DNA of 64,000 bases from Raillietiella orientalis (lineage: Eukaryota), in contig JAYWIR010000003.1 in assembly GCA_036172245.1 (NCBI GenBank), forward strand, positions 2,728,001 through 2,792,000, read 5' to 3'. The position numbers and the translations under genes are program-made. The notes beneath the pieces are model-generated. The model was not told where the DNA came from. It saw nothing but the letters and a program-made list of their open reading frames with translations, and did no database searches. Below, piece by piece: positions 52,062 to 64,000 of the stretch. Every line of letters begins with the position of its first letter. The first letter of the stretch is position 1.

Positions 52062-55000
52062 CGCGCGTGTGTGTTTTCAACATGGCAGATTGCAAGATAT
52101 CCATTAATCCTTCAAGATTCCTTCGGGGATCGAATGTAACACACCATGACCAGCCTACTCCCAAACTCATTTTCGGAACCCTCTGTTCCCGTTGACTGCA
52201 TTCTTGGATTGCCTATTGGTGGATTGGGATCAACGAATCGTTTCTTCGGCTGCTTTTCTCAAACGAAGCTCTCACGAGAACTTCGCCGGAATGAGATGAG
52301 CTCGCACCATCTGGATTTTTCCTTTGTGCTTTGATTTTTCTACCCCGCTCTCTGACATCTCCTATTATCCGAAAGCAAATTCCCGATTTCTGTCCACATC
52401 TTAAAGGAAGATTGCAACTTCGGGAGACAGAACGCGATTAGCAAATGCCTTTCTTTCTCTGGCATTCTGGTCGGAGAAAAACGCAGATTTTCACCACCAC
52501 AAGCGAAAAACAGCTGTTGCGCGGTTTCTTCGGTACTCGGAGGAAAAAGTGCGAGGTCGTTCCTCAACCTTCAAGGTGCGAGAATTCAAGGAATGCTGCA
52601 GGGAATTAGGATTTGATGTTTTCTGGCCCTTCGCAAATTCACCGACAGTCGGCGATGAGGTCAGTTTTGGATGCCGTCTTTAGAATACGCAAACCGAAAC
52701 GCATTCGACCGCCTTTTCCTCTTCTACGGCAAACCGGAAAGCGTCTTCAAGTAGAATCTTCGGCTTTGATAGAACACTCGTGGCTTCCGCTTTTCGCTTC
52801 ATTCCCCCCAGAGGAAAATGAAGAGCGTGATTTCGACTTACAACCACGGAAATTGACCTCGGAAGTTTCTCCACGGACCCCAGTGGAGACCGAGGAGAGG
52901 TCAGATTTCGAATTCTCGTCGAATTTGGTTCCCTGTCTTCAGAAGTCTGACCAGGACCGGGATGCTTGATTATGTGGGAGCCCAGACTCCACTCAGAGCG
53001 AGCCTTTTCGTTGCGAGCTCTCTCTGAAGGCCACGCTCCCGTCAGTGTAAAAAGCGTCCACAGATGGCTCGCATTCTGTTGACTCCGGCTGGGAATCCCT
53101 AGAAGTCAGGGAGCGAAGAGGAAACTCTCAGCTAATTACCCAATTTTCGAGGAAGCTGCATTGAATTCTTCGGTGAGGCTCAGCCATTCGCGTGCCTCGA
53201 TCACTGGCTCGACCGCACCCTTTTATCACAACGCGCAAAAATTGGGAGCCAATCTCCGATGTTTGATTCATGAGGTGCTTACAGAAAGCTGTGGAGGCAT
53301 CTCTGCCTTCTGGAATCAAAGGACTTTATTTTGGGTCTGGACCTAATCAATGAGCAAGGAAAACAACTTCTCATCACCGAGCTGAAGAATGGACCTCATA
53401 TGAGTTCTCTGCACGAAGCGATGGAGGGCAGCAATCTTCTACCTTGACGAAGTCTCCCTCGATAATTAAACGTGTGAAACGCAAGAAGACAAATAGGACT
53501 TTATTTACGACCATTTCAAACTGCATAGCACGAACTGTATTACGAATGGAAGCAGTCGGCTATTTCCTCCAGTTGCACAGGAATCCTTTGGTGGTTTCCA
53601 CGTGCCCGTGCGTCCTTTTTATATCTTTCCCATGAATTCGATCTTGGAGGAATCGGGAAAAAAATCGCCTCCGATGCCTCGCCGCAATTAATGGCAAGAC
53701 TTGGCGATGGACATGACGTGACGGAAGGAGCATTCGTTCTCCACGGCGTTGGATGCTGGTCGTGCACAGCTTCGCGAATAATTCCCGCTGATTTGGAGAA
53801 TCGGGAATCTCGCCCCTGGTCAATCGAGGGAAAAGCGAGACGTCATGATTCCCCGCGCGTTTTGTCCCGCAGAGCAAAGTGATGGCCACCGGGGACCCTC
53901 CTCCTCAAGCCGAACCGGAGGAGATTGTAAACTCAGGAGCAGTTCGGACACAATGTGGTCTTTTCCTCCAGCGGAGTCAGGGAGTCGCGCAGATGGGTCC
54001 GGTTCGTGGATCTGCTCGAGTAATCAAGCGTGAACAGTATTTTCGCTCGAGAGGAGTAAATTTTATCTCAAGAATTCAGTTTATTGCGGTGCTATAAATC
54101 GGATTGGTGTGCGCGCGCTCACCTATGGCTGGAAGCTCACCAGCATTGCTTGACCTTCTCAGTTTGGGGTAACGCAATGACAATGAGGCTCGAATTCTTC
54201 AAGAGGGAACCAGGGAGATGCCAATAGGAATTTCGCTCTTTTTTTTTTTTTTTTTTTTACTTCTTCTCCTTTTTTTGTTGCCTATCAATGGCTGCGCAAC
54301 CATCAAGGAGTTTTATTTCCTCGTAGCTACATGAGGCGAATCACGCATTGGATGGAAGCGCTCACACGGAGCGATATTTTTGCCTAGGAACCCGGGCAAT
54401 CCCCCGTGAGATGGAAATCATGACACGATTGGTCCTCTCAGCTGCTCACACGTAAATGTGAGAATTCCACATCTGAATACGCGGCGTCGCAACGCCAAGA
54501 ATCGTAACGCGAAAGTTTACGATGCTGCGTGTCCTTCTGCCTTCCAAACGCGCATTTTCGAGAGTGTATTTGAGCAGGTTTCGCTGTAAATCTGGCTTTC
54601 CCTATCATTTTCGCTATCACCCCCGACGTGTGATGCGGGGAGTCGCTGTGGCAACCTTCCCTTCGGAGCCCTACTGACCAATCATTCGTTTTGTGTGTGT
54701 GTGTGTGTTTTCCCTGTCTCCTTCGTCTTCCAGAATTCCCCTCCCCCTTCCGATTCCAATTACGCTCTTCGAAATCAAATAGATGGAGCAGTCATATGGA
54801 GCTTGCAAGCAATCCCCCTTTGCCTCTCTAAACTTTTCGATGCTAATGGATGAAGATGTGGCATTACCGGAGCCCTGCTCTCCTACTCATGCATGATTCT
54901 TTGGCATTCCTAGAAATTGCATTTTTCGACCGATCGATAAACGCAGCTGACTGCTGCGCTCCGAAAGTTTTCATTCCTTTTTTCCTCTCTCTGCACCATA

Positions 55001-56990
55001 CCTGCGAATCGGTAGAAACTCCCAGGAGCAGTTCCTCTTTCACGAGGGAATTTCGAGAGATTCGTATGAAATGGTGGAAAAATAGCCGGGGTCAACCTGG
55101 CATCCTTCGAAGGTGAATAGACAAACCTCCAATATACTCCCTGTGGGTGATTTCCATCGGACGAATCATGATTCATCTTTCTCGTATGGGGATGGAATAG
55201 TTTTCATGCTTCTTTTCCCTCTCCTGTACGAAGAGCAAAGCTCTGCTAAGGTCCAATGATGTTTATGGATCGCAGGCAATTATTGCTATAAGCGAGTTTT
55301 ATCATCAGGATTGAGCTCTGGCTGCATTTCCATCTCGAAGATATGGTCGGCGCTAAAATCAACGTCTCTCCCACGTTTCCATCAATCCTACTGTAAAAAA
55401 AAAAAACAAAAAAAAAAAAAAACAAAAAAAAGGAAGAACATTCCGCACATTCAGAGAAAAGGAATTATTCTCTTATTGCCTCCCCTCTCCCGAACGCAAC
55501 TTGCGGTGCCATTCCTTATGCCGGTACCCAAAACTGTAGTTCCTGGATGTGTACATTGCTACTCGTGTGCACCAGATGATAACACCTGAGATTTAGTGAC
55601 CTTTACGGATCCACGGTAATGCTGCTTTGTTATTGGGATGCATCTGCTGGCGAAGCCACGACGGAGAAGTTCCTAGGACAAACGATGATCCAGGAAGGAA
55701 CAAGACTGCGATTCTCTTGAAATCTCCTGAGAGATATTTTGAAACGTGCCGGAACAGGCGTCTAAATGCCTTTCCTCCTGTGCCTTCCCTAGAGGACAAA
55801 CAAGAAGATGCCAATCCTAAAGGCTTCCAGAAATCAGTAGGGAGCAAGAGAGTTGTTGCTCAATGTTGGCAAACAGCAGCGACGCCTAGAAGAGATGATG
55901 ACAGCGGGAGTTGTAAAGAAAGCTATTGGTGATTAATCACCAGCTCACCATGGAAACACGCGCAGCCCGTTTGCTCCAGCTCTGATTCTTCCCGTAACCC
56001 TTTCTCCTTGTCCTTCTATCAATCCGGTTGAAAATCTGTTCAAACTGCAGATTTCAAAATCTGTAGTTCTGATTCCGTCTGATTCCGATTTTTTGTGGGT
56101 GCGCGTCTTCCTGACTCCACTAGGAGTTCCTCAGGTATGAGGAGATGACTAAGCGTGCGCCGCTGCTCGGACTGCCCTCCAGTGGTCTTCCTAGATCGTC
56201 CTTGGTTGAAGCAAATCACGGATGCTGAATGGAAGGGGGAAGGCACTTGCAAGTACTCCACCCCCCCAAGGAGACTTTTTTCTCTTCTCAGTGGCAACAA
56301 CAGCGAAAACCGAACCTTTCTTTCTTGCGGGCTTTGCCATTGCACGGCTTTCGATTTGCTCTTCTTGTAAACGCTACACTCATGTCTACCGAAATTCATC
56401 ATCAACCTTTTATGGATCCCGCATAATCCTTGACGCATCCCTGCAGCATCGTGCCCACGGATTTACTCTTCTGTGTGCTGCATCACCTACGATTAATGTC
56501 GACCAGCTAATCAGTTGCACTTCATACATAAAGTCCTTTAATAGAATGAATTTGAAACTGCAGGTCCTCGCTCCTTATAGATTCTGAAATCGAGAATCCC
56601 AAATCGACCGATGCAGCAAACCATAGGATAGAAACGCCTTCGTCAATTCCCCCAGTGGATACTATACACTTCTACCTATCTACTCCTTATCGGTTCCCTC
56701 AACCCACGCAATGCAGCTGCTTGCGACTGAGGTCCTACTGAGGCCCATTCCTCCTTCGTCCCACGGATTTGTTCGCGGATTCCGGGACTTCGCATCTCTG
56801 GTCACCCTGAGACGCAGCCGCCGCCATTAGCCGTGCGAGTCCATCGGAATGCACTCTCTACTGAGATCTCCTTCATTTCAGGTTTTCGTCTGTCAAGCCC
56901 CGCTGGAGTACACTCTTGCCGCTCTCGTGATTGGTGCGTTCCTGCTCCGTTTGATCTTCTCGCCTTGTTATTGTGTGATTTTCTTTTTTT

Positions 56991-57014
56991 CTCTCTCTCT
57001 CTCTCTCTCTCTCT
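56991..57014. repeat. (CT)12 microsatellite
   Basis: Uninterrupted CT run. Confidence 0.9.
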
Positions 57015-60000
57015 TTCTCAACTCGTAAGTTGCCATCAGAAGTCTATTCTCTTTGTCATAAAATGGAATCGATCTCAAGGGTGTTCAAAAGCGTGCTTTT
57101 CGCATTTCATACAATGTCGGCTATATACAGTCGGTTTCCAATCAAGCGTGAGAATTTCTGTACCTCAACACTACTTTGAGTTTTTCGATTTCATGCACCT
57201 CAGGCGTTTTTTTATCTTCCTTCTGGAAGGGACAAATAAGATTGGAAAACGGCTGCTCTTATCGAAGCTGATTCGATTCGTTTCCATGGCGACGCGGACA
57301 TACATGCGCAGCGCGAGACTGTTAAAATACATGCATTCGTACGGAAATTCAAACTCAGGATTCCCATGAATAGATCACTGATTTAGATTACTTGTGCTAG
57401 GAATTCGTCTTCTAGAATTTCCATCTCCTGGCGACGTCACGCTTACTCTGATGGCTCTGATGGCCTTTCGAGAAAGCGCACTCTTCCACCGCAAGTTAAA
57501 GGCTACTTTGTCTCTTCATTTCTTAGAAATTATTTCCTTCTAATGCATCCGAATAGAGCTTCAGCTTCTTATTCGCTGTGGAGGGTTCCGAAGATCACCA
57601 TTTTCCTAAATGCTCCTGGCCATTTTTGGAAGAAACGAATCGACTGCATCGTACTCATAGTCGCTAAATATTTCGTGTATGGTTTACCATAACATTATTA
57701 CTGTTCTTTTATCAGATTCTGAGTATTTTGAAAAAACATAACTTTGTCTTTTTTTCGTTCTACAGATGGCATCCAGGCAATCCAGGCTTAGTATTCGTCA
57801 AGATGGCAGTCCGTGCAGTTTGCTCTTCCTCTAACAAGGGCTGAAGTGGCATTCTCAGATGGCCTACTTTGCCCCGCTGATAGACCCAATCTCAACGAAG
57901 TCTCCAAATGCTGGCCGTTCTCAGAGGGAGCTGCAGACTTCCCGGGAGTTTGAAGGGAAGGCGTTAGCATGGTGCCAGTTCTCCTTCCCTCCATGGTAGA
58001 TTAGGCAAAATTAAGCGGAAGAAACCACGGCTCCGCATGTAGTGAGCGGCCAGCGAGCCAGAGAATGTTGTTCGCTTTCCAGATGGCCACTCCTGAAGCT
58101 GTGCACATCGGCGGAGATGAACAACCGCCGATCCATGCTATACGATGAATGAAGCAAAAAGCTGAAATTCGAAAGAGACGATTGTCTCTGGCGTCGCCGC
58201 TCTCCTGGCATGTGAACAGGCGCCGTGATGCTGAATGAGAACTCCCTTGTGGAGTTGCTCTCTTAATGTACCCGTGGAGGTTTTCAGAGTTTCACAAAGG
58301 CTTCCAGAGTCCATTGACAGCCTCCTCGATGGAATCCATTGGAATGATTCTGTTGGTTACACACGAAATGGTCACTATAACTTTAAGCACAAAGCTACGC
58401 TCGCCACTTCTTTTCAGAAGTCTGCTTTTTGTAATGCTTTTTGAAATGTTGATGTCCTTCCTTAGAGGCCTGGTAGTAAATCCATCTGCTTCGCACACGC
58501 AAACAGAAAAATGGTTACTCTGAGCTTTCTTTCAGCACCTTCATAGTACCATGGTAAAGTGCGGTAGAAAGAGTCGACCAGGCGGCTGTCTTTGTTCTGA
58601 TGAGATTCCATTCTTTGTTCTTACTAGCGCAACATGGTGGAGAAGATTGGTGAAGGAACAATGAATTCCCGTCTAATTTGCACCATTAGGCACAAAACAG
58701 AAACGCTTTTTTTTTTTTTTAGATTTTCTTGTAATTGGCAGCAGCCGTTAGCGGCACGAAGCACTGCTCTTTGATAGGATGTCCTCTCTAGATGATCTTC
58801 GAACGCAACTCCAGATACATAAGCTTGATCTCAAGAAAAATTCTGTCAAGAGAGGTTGAGTTATTGAAGCATGGCCTTGATCAGCAGATGCTTGCATTCG
58901 ATGGAACGAATATGTGTGGAAACAGTCGGTTCCTGGAAGGAAAAAGCCAAGTACACGCGATACATAGATCATAATTCAGTACTTGCATAGGATCTCAGAA
59001 CACTTGCGAACTCTCATACCGAGGTGCTCCTGGTTAACTTCAGTTTCCGCCTCCTCAGATTTGTTCCACTTTGCTTCACATTGGCTCATCTGAATGTGAA
59101 GTACATCTCCTTATGAGTGCGTCTTTCTGCGGAGTTGCACAGCGCCAGCGCTAGAAGGCGTGGAGGTCTCTGGGGAAAAGGCAAAAATACGTAGATGAGA
59201 AAAACTGATTCGGGATGAATCGAGTGATGGAATTTACTGCTCCCAAAGATCAGTTTCTCCGAACCTTTGTTGTCTGCAGGAACTTTCTAAACGAGTTTGG
59301 AGGCAGTCGGTGAGATCAGTTCTATCCTCGTCAGTGAGGAAAACTCGGTTATCAACATTGCGAGTGCATCCTGTAAAACTCGGTAATGGTATAGGAATAT
59401 ATTTGGGACGGAAGGTGATGGGGGATGGGAGAGGGGGGGGGGAAGAGAAACCATAATGGAGGATTTGAGCTCAGATCTCATTAGAAATGAAACCACTCTT
59501 CGGCAGCATTTTCTCAGCAAACCACGATCATAAGCAATCGCATGATCTCATCGATTGGAAATGCTTGTTTTTCATGGATTCCAGTTACGAGATCATCCAC
59601 TGATGGACCTTTATTTCAGGAGGGTCGCCAATTTAAAAATAGAACTGAAGCAAACTGGAAGCTTGTCAAAAACTGGAAATTGGACAGTACGATAAAACAC
59701 AATCATAAGTAAAGAACTCAAAATGTTGGGAAGGGAATCGCGAGCACAAGAAAAGGGGGACTTCTTCCTGGAGAAACGGAAACTTTGCGGAAGCTGTGCT
59801 CGAGGGTTTTTTTTTTTTTTTTTGCTGTTTAACTGCATCGAAGACAAACAGTCAGAGATCGCAAGAGAACGGCGCCTTTTCCCACGTGATGTGCTGGCTA
59901 AAATAAGGGAAAGAAAACATTTGGTTTTCCGACTGTCGGTTTCCGAACCCGAACTGGAAACGTTTAGACCACATGGAAGCACCGGTACTCACACGGGAAG

Positions 60001-63000
60001 ACTCTATTTTGAGGTTTTTGTCGCGTTTATCAAGCTCGAACGTCAGCAAAGATGCAAACGCCGCAGTTTCCGCTGAGTGCTTCATAGGGCAATCCACAAT
60101 CGCGGAATTCACAATGTGAGCAGAGGTTTGCATCGCCACCACGTGAGCAGCAGGAGATAAGCACTGAGTTCGTTCCCACTGCAAGAAGCAGCCTATCAGT
60201 TTCATGCAAAGTCGCAGCCTGACCGTTCTGTGCAGGAAGGCTTCGTCCGGGATGAATGCATGTATCCTACGTTCTGGCGAGCTGGACCACAATGACTTGG
60301 AAGAACCAAAAATATCTTGAAGTAACCACTTTGAATGATGGTTCCTCAAGCGAAAGAAAAAATAGGGAAATACTGATTATTTTAGCTGCTTTTCTCAATA
60401 GCGGACGTTAGCGATCATTCTTCAGCATAGAATGTGTGAAAGCACCCTCGCATTGCTTCTTGGCATCGACTCTCCGACTCTGGGAAAGAAACGTGTCCCA
60501 TCATCACGCGCAGAGTGGATGTTGGGTGGACCGAGTCGGGTGGACTCTCAGCACGGTCCCCTGAAACCACGGGTTCCGAAGCAGAGCGCCATCTTGTTTG
60601 ACCATGAGACGAAAAATCAGCTTCCTGAACACAATTCTTTCTCTGCTCCTAATCATAGCGACTGAAACAGCTCCACGGGGCGCTGCCCATCCGAAGACTT
60701 TCATTAAAGCAATTCTGCCGAATCATTTCAAGATAACAACGAATTGATCACTCTATGCAAATTATCTGGAAACTTCTTCTTGGATGGAGTAGAAGGAGGT
60801 AGCACGAACAGAAATCATGGGGAAGGTTACAGGGAACGGATTGTGAAGAATTATTTTTTCTGTAGCCAAAAAAACCCGCGACCGTCAGCACTTAGCATGC
60901 TGTCAACCATGTGGACTCTTTTGATTCACTTTAGAAAAATTCGCCGATTGCTTATGCAGCGAAAGAGCTGCCGATTCTCGTTCAACTTGTGCAAGGCGAT
61001 GCTGACCCTTTCCGTAGATGTGACTCCTCGGGACGAAGGTGGGATTACCAGGTTTCGTCTCACCGTCGAGCTGCGATTGCGGATTGTCCCTAAAGAACCC
61101 TACCAGCTCGTAGGCATTTCTTTAATGAAAACCTTGCAGGCGACAGCGTCCAGGACATCCAAGTTTGCAGTCAATCTGACCACGTATACCTTGGGCTAGA
61201 AATTTTTGTTGGCACAAATTCTTCATGAGAGTGGCGTAAAAACCGGACCAAATATTTCCTTCGTGGTTGACGGTGGTCTTTTCCCTTCGAACGGCTGCAG
61301 ATCACACTGCGCGCCCTTTTGATTCGACGAAAACGAACTGACTAAATTCTCGGAAAGAGAATTCTGCTTTGTCGATTTATTTGTTCGACGGTTTGAATGA
61401 ACCCTTCGCATATTCCTTGGAAACTGCAACCACACCTCTTCCGTGAGGGCTCGTCAGCTGTCAACAGCTTCCGATTCGCAGGATCGGTTTTTGATTTGCA
61501 CAACATGGCTGAGGCGAATTTCAGTTCGGAGAGCAAAGGTGGATCTCGTGAGTCACCTGCAAAGGATTGATTCTTCGGCACTTTTTGTTCTCTGCAGAGA
61601 CAGAGCTGAGTTCGAGGCACGTGAACAAGCATCAGAGCACATCTGCAAGAGGACACTTTCGAAGCAGCAAGATTCCAAGAATGGACCCCAAACAGCACTT
61701 GTGAAGAAAGCGAAATGGAGGTCATCGTTGGTGTTTCCTTATAATTATGAAGGAACTGCTCATATCCAAGCTTGTGCCTCGAGAAAACCCACAGTAAAAG
61801 AAAAGCCTGCTGTCTCCTGGAAGGTGGGTGAGAAATGCTCTTTCTTGCCTTTTCCTCAGGGATGGGAAAAGCGGCGTGCACTACGGTGGTACGTTTGCGA
61901 TAAAGCAACTTTTTGAATCCAGCAACCATTCACTCGAGATCGCAAAGCATCCCTCTGTCCTCCCGTTACCCAGCTTGCTCGCCACGAAGTCAGGGATTGG
62001 TAACTACGGAAGGGGGAATAGCTAAGCTGCTTAGCGTGGTTCTTCTCCGAACGGGAGATTCACTCGACCCGTTCGTGCTTCACTGAGATCTTCTCAAGTA
62101 TACCTCCGATGAGGTACGGCTGAAGAGGAGGCTTTGAGTGAGGAAAGGACACCCGTTCGGCTTCATATTTGCGTTCCTATTTCGCAATTGCCAAATCTCT
62201 TTTCGATTGAGGTAGTAGTGGTAGTGAAGTTTTCTTGGAACGACGTCTGTCAAATCTGTGGCGGCCGCCCAAGAAAGCAGCGCAGCTGAAGCACAAGAGA
62301 CTTCTGGAGATAGGATTTATCTTTACTGAGAAAAGACGGCAGTTTCCCAATTCGATTTTCTCGGCATCGCAAAGAGGGAGACAGATGGGTCACAAAGTTG
62401 CAAGGGCATGAATAGGAGAAGTAAAGATACGCAGAGGCAAATATGAGTCTTTGTACGGCATTCGACATGAAAGAGACCGATCCTCACCTTTAGATGGAAA
62501 GGTCGTTTCATTTCCCCTAAAGGAATGTTGAAGCTGCCGTCGAACAATGGTGGTACCAGGATGGTACTCGTGGAGGCTGGGAGCTTCAAAGCGAGTACAC
62601 GCATCCTATCAAGTGATCATTTTTGTGGCTTCAGAAATTTTCGAAAGCTTAAAAGGAAATTCATGAAATCCGGATGGATGACTTGGGAGAATTCGACACG
62701 TTTCCTAAGGACGTTGCCACGCAGTCCTCCATAACAGCAAAAATTCAATTCTGTCTTGATGAAGGTATCTAGGTGATAAACGGCACCGTTCTTGACTGAT
62801 TTTGCGCTCTTCTCTCGATAACTCTTTAATGACTCTTTCTTTCGATAACTCTTAAATATACTCAATCCTCTTCAGCTACCCTCTATTTGGCTGTCTACCA
62901 TGTTGGAATTCCATTTGACAAAGCTTTTCCAGAGGAGGGTTGGCATTCTGACTTCTGAGGAATGCTTTCATCAAATTTAAGAGAGAGATAACCTTTCTTG

Positions 63001-64000
63001 CGTTGCGTTCTTGATTTATCGGCCAGTCCAAGCATGAGATGCTATTAAATTACTACTATTCACTCTTCCTTTGAGAAGCTCGATCGGTTGCCACCACAGA
63101 TGCTTATCATGATGCATCTATGAAATAAATCTTGCATTTGAGCTTCGTAATAATACAAAGAAATTTGACCCACCCGTCTGGGATGACAAACTGCGGGTGT
63201 TCTCACTTGATAAATCATAAAAACGAAGCGCTGGGAGATTGCACCGCTGTCAGATACCACGAATGCAAAGAAGCTGCTGCTCATTACAATCCTTCTTGGG
63301 TTCATAAGAATAGGCAGTGTCCTGCAATCGTTGAGGAAAACAGCCAAGTATTATAAAAGCTTCCATGACGAGATGTGCCACGCAGGAGGTGCTTTGTGAA
63401 CTGAGTCCCGACATGGAGGATGCCTCCCTCCCTTCTTGATCCTTCTTGGCGGAGCCATCTCTCCCAAGGATGTGATGATGTTGATTCACACCACCTCCAC
63501 GGACGTGTTCCTCCTTCGGACGGACTGCCAAACTTCGTTTGTTTTTCAGTATGCAGAACGGTGTAACTTTTCGGATCAGTTTGAAGCCGAGCAGTCTGAC
63601 CTAGTCAACGGGGTTATAGGCAGAGGCCCAGCGGCTGGTACCCTGGCCATAACGATACCCTTTTGAAAATTCCTTCGGTGAGGTTCAGCGGAACTTTTCC
63701 GATGTGGCGTGTTCCGTGTTGTACTCCAACCGCAACCATTTCAAAAGACTGTGCTTCTGTGTGCAACCGACCATGCGAAAAGGATACCATCCTATTGCAA
63801 TAAGGGACCATCACCTTGACGAGATGGCTTGAGGAATTCTTAGCCCGCAAGGAGAACACATAACAAACTCTGGGAAAAGCGAAACGGCATGGCTGCCATC
63901 TGAATGTTCCAGCGAGATAATGGATTCGGGCAGTCGCTGCCTTCGGGACTTCAGCATTAAAAACTTATCTTTTCGAGCCTCTCTCCTTCTCAAAGGACTG

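Overview
Eukaryotic, CpG-rich, mostly non-coding DNA from an arthropod-type Hox cluster (bithorax-complex equivalent). Only one protein-coding gene is supportable: a minus-strand, two-exon Hox gene (exon 1 28010-27662, 5892-nt phase-1 intron, exon 2 21769-21429; 229 aa). Its N-terminal motifs, YPWM hexapeptide and homeodomain identify it as abdominal-A (abd-A). The protein is divergent: it has unusual homeodomain substitutions, a Ubx-like UbdA peptide and a Ser/Thr-rich tail, and an out-of-frame MSS-type upstream ATG overlaps its start. Its probable 3'UTR has an overlapping miR-iab-8/iab-4 seed site 8 nt before the first AATAAA. The rest of the window is a gene desert with three GC/CpG-rich islands, homeodomain-site clusters, Pho/GAGA (PRE-like) and CTCF-like motifs, several hairpins and small repeats. 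I found no mir-iab-4 hairpin, Ubx or Abd-B coding sequence, tRNA/rRNA, CRISPR array or intact transposon. The species cannot be determined. Family comparisons rely on remembered consensus sequences, not database searches.
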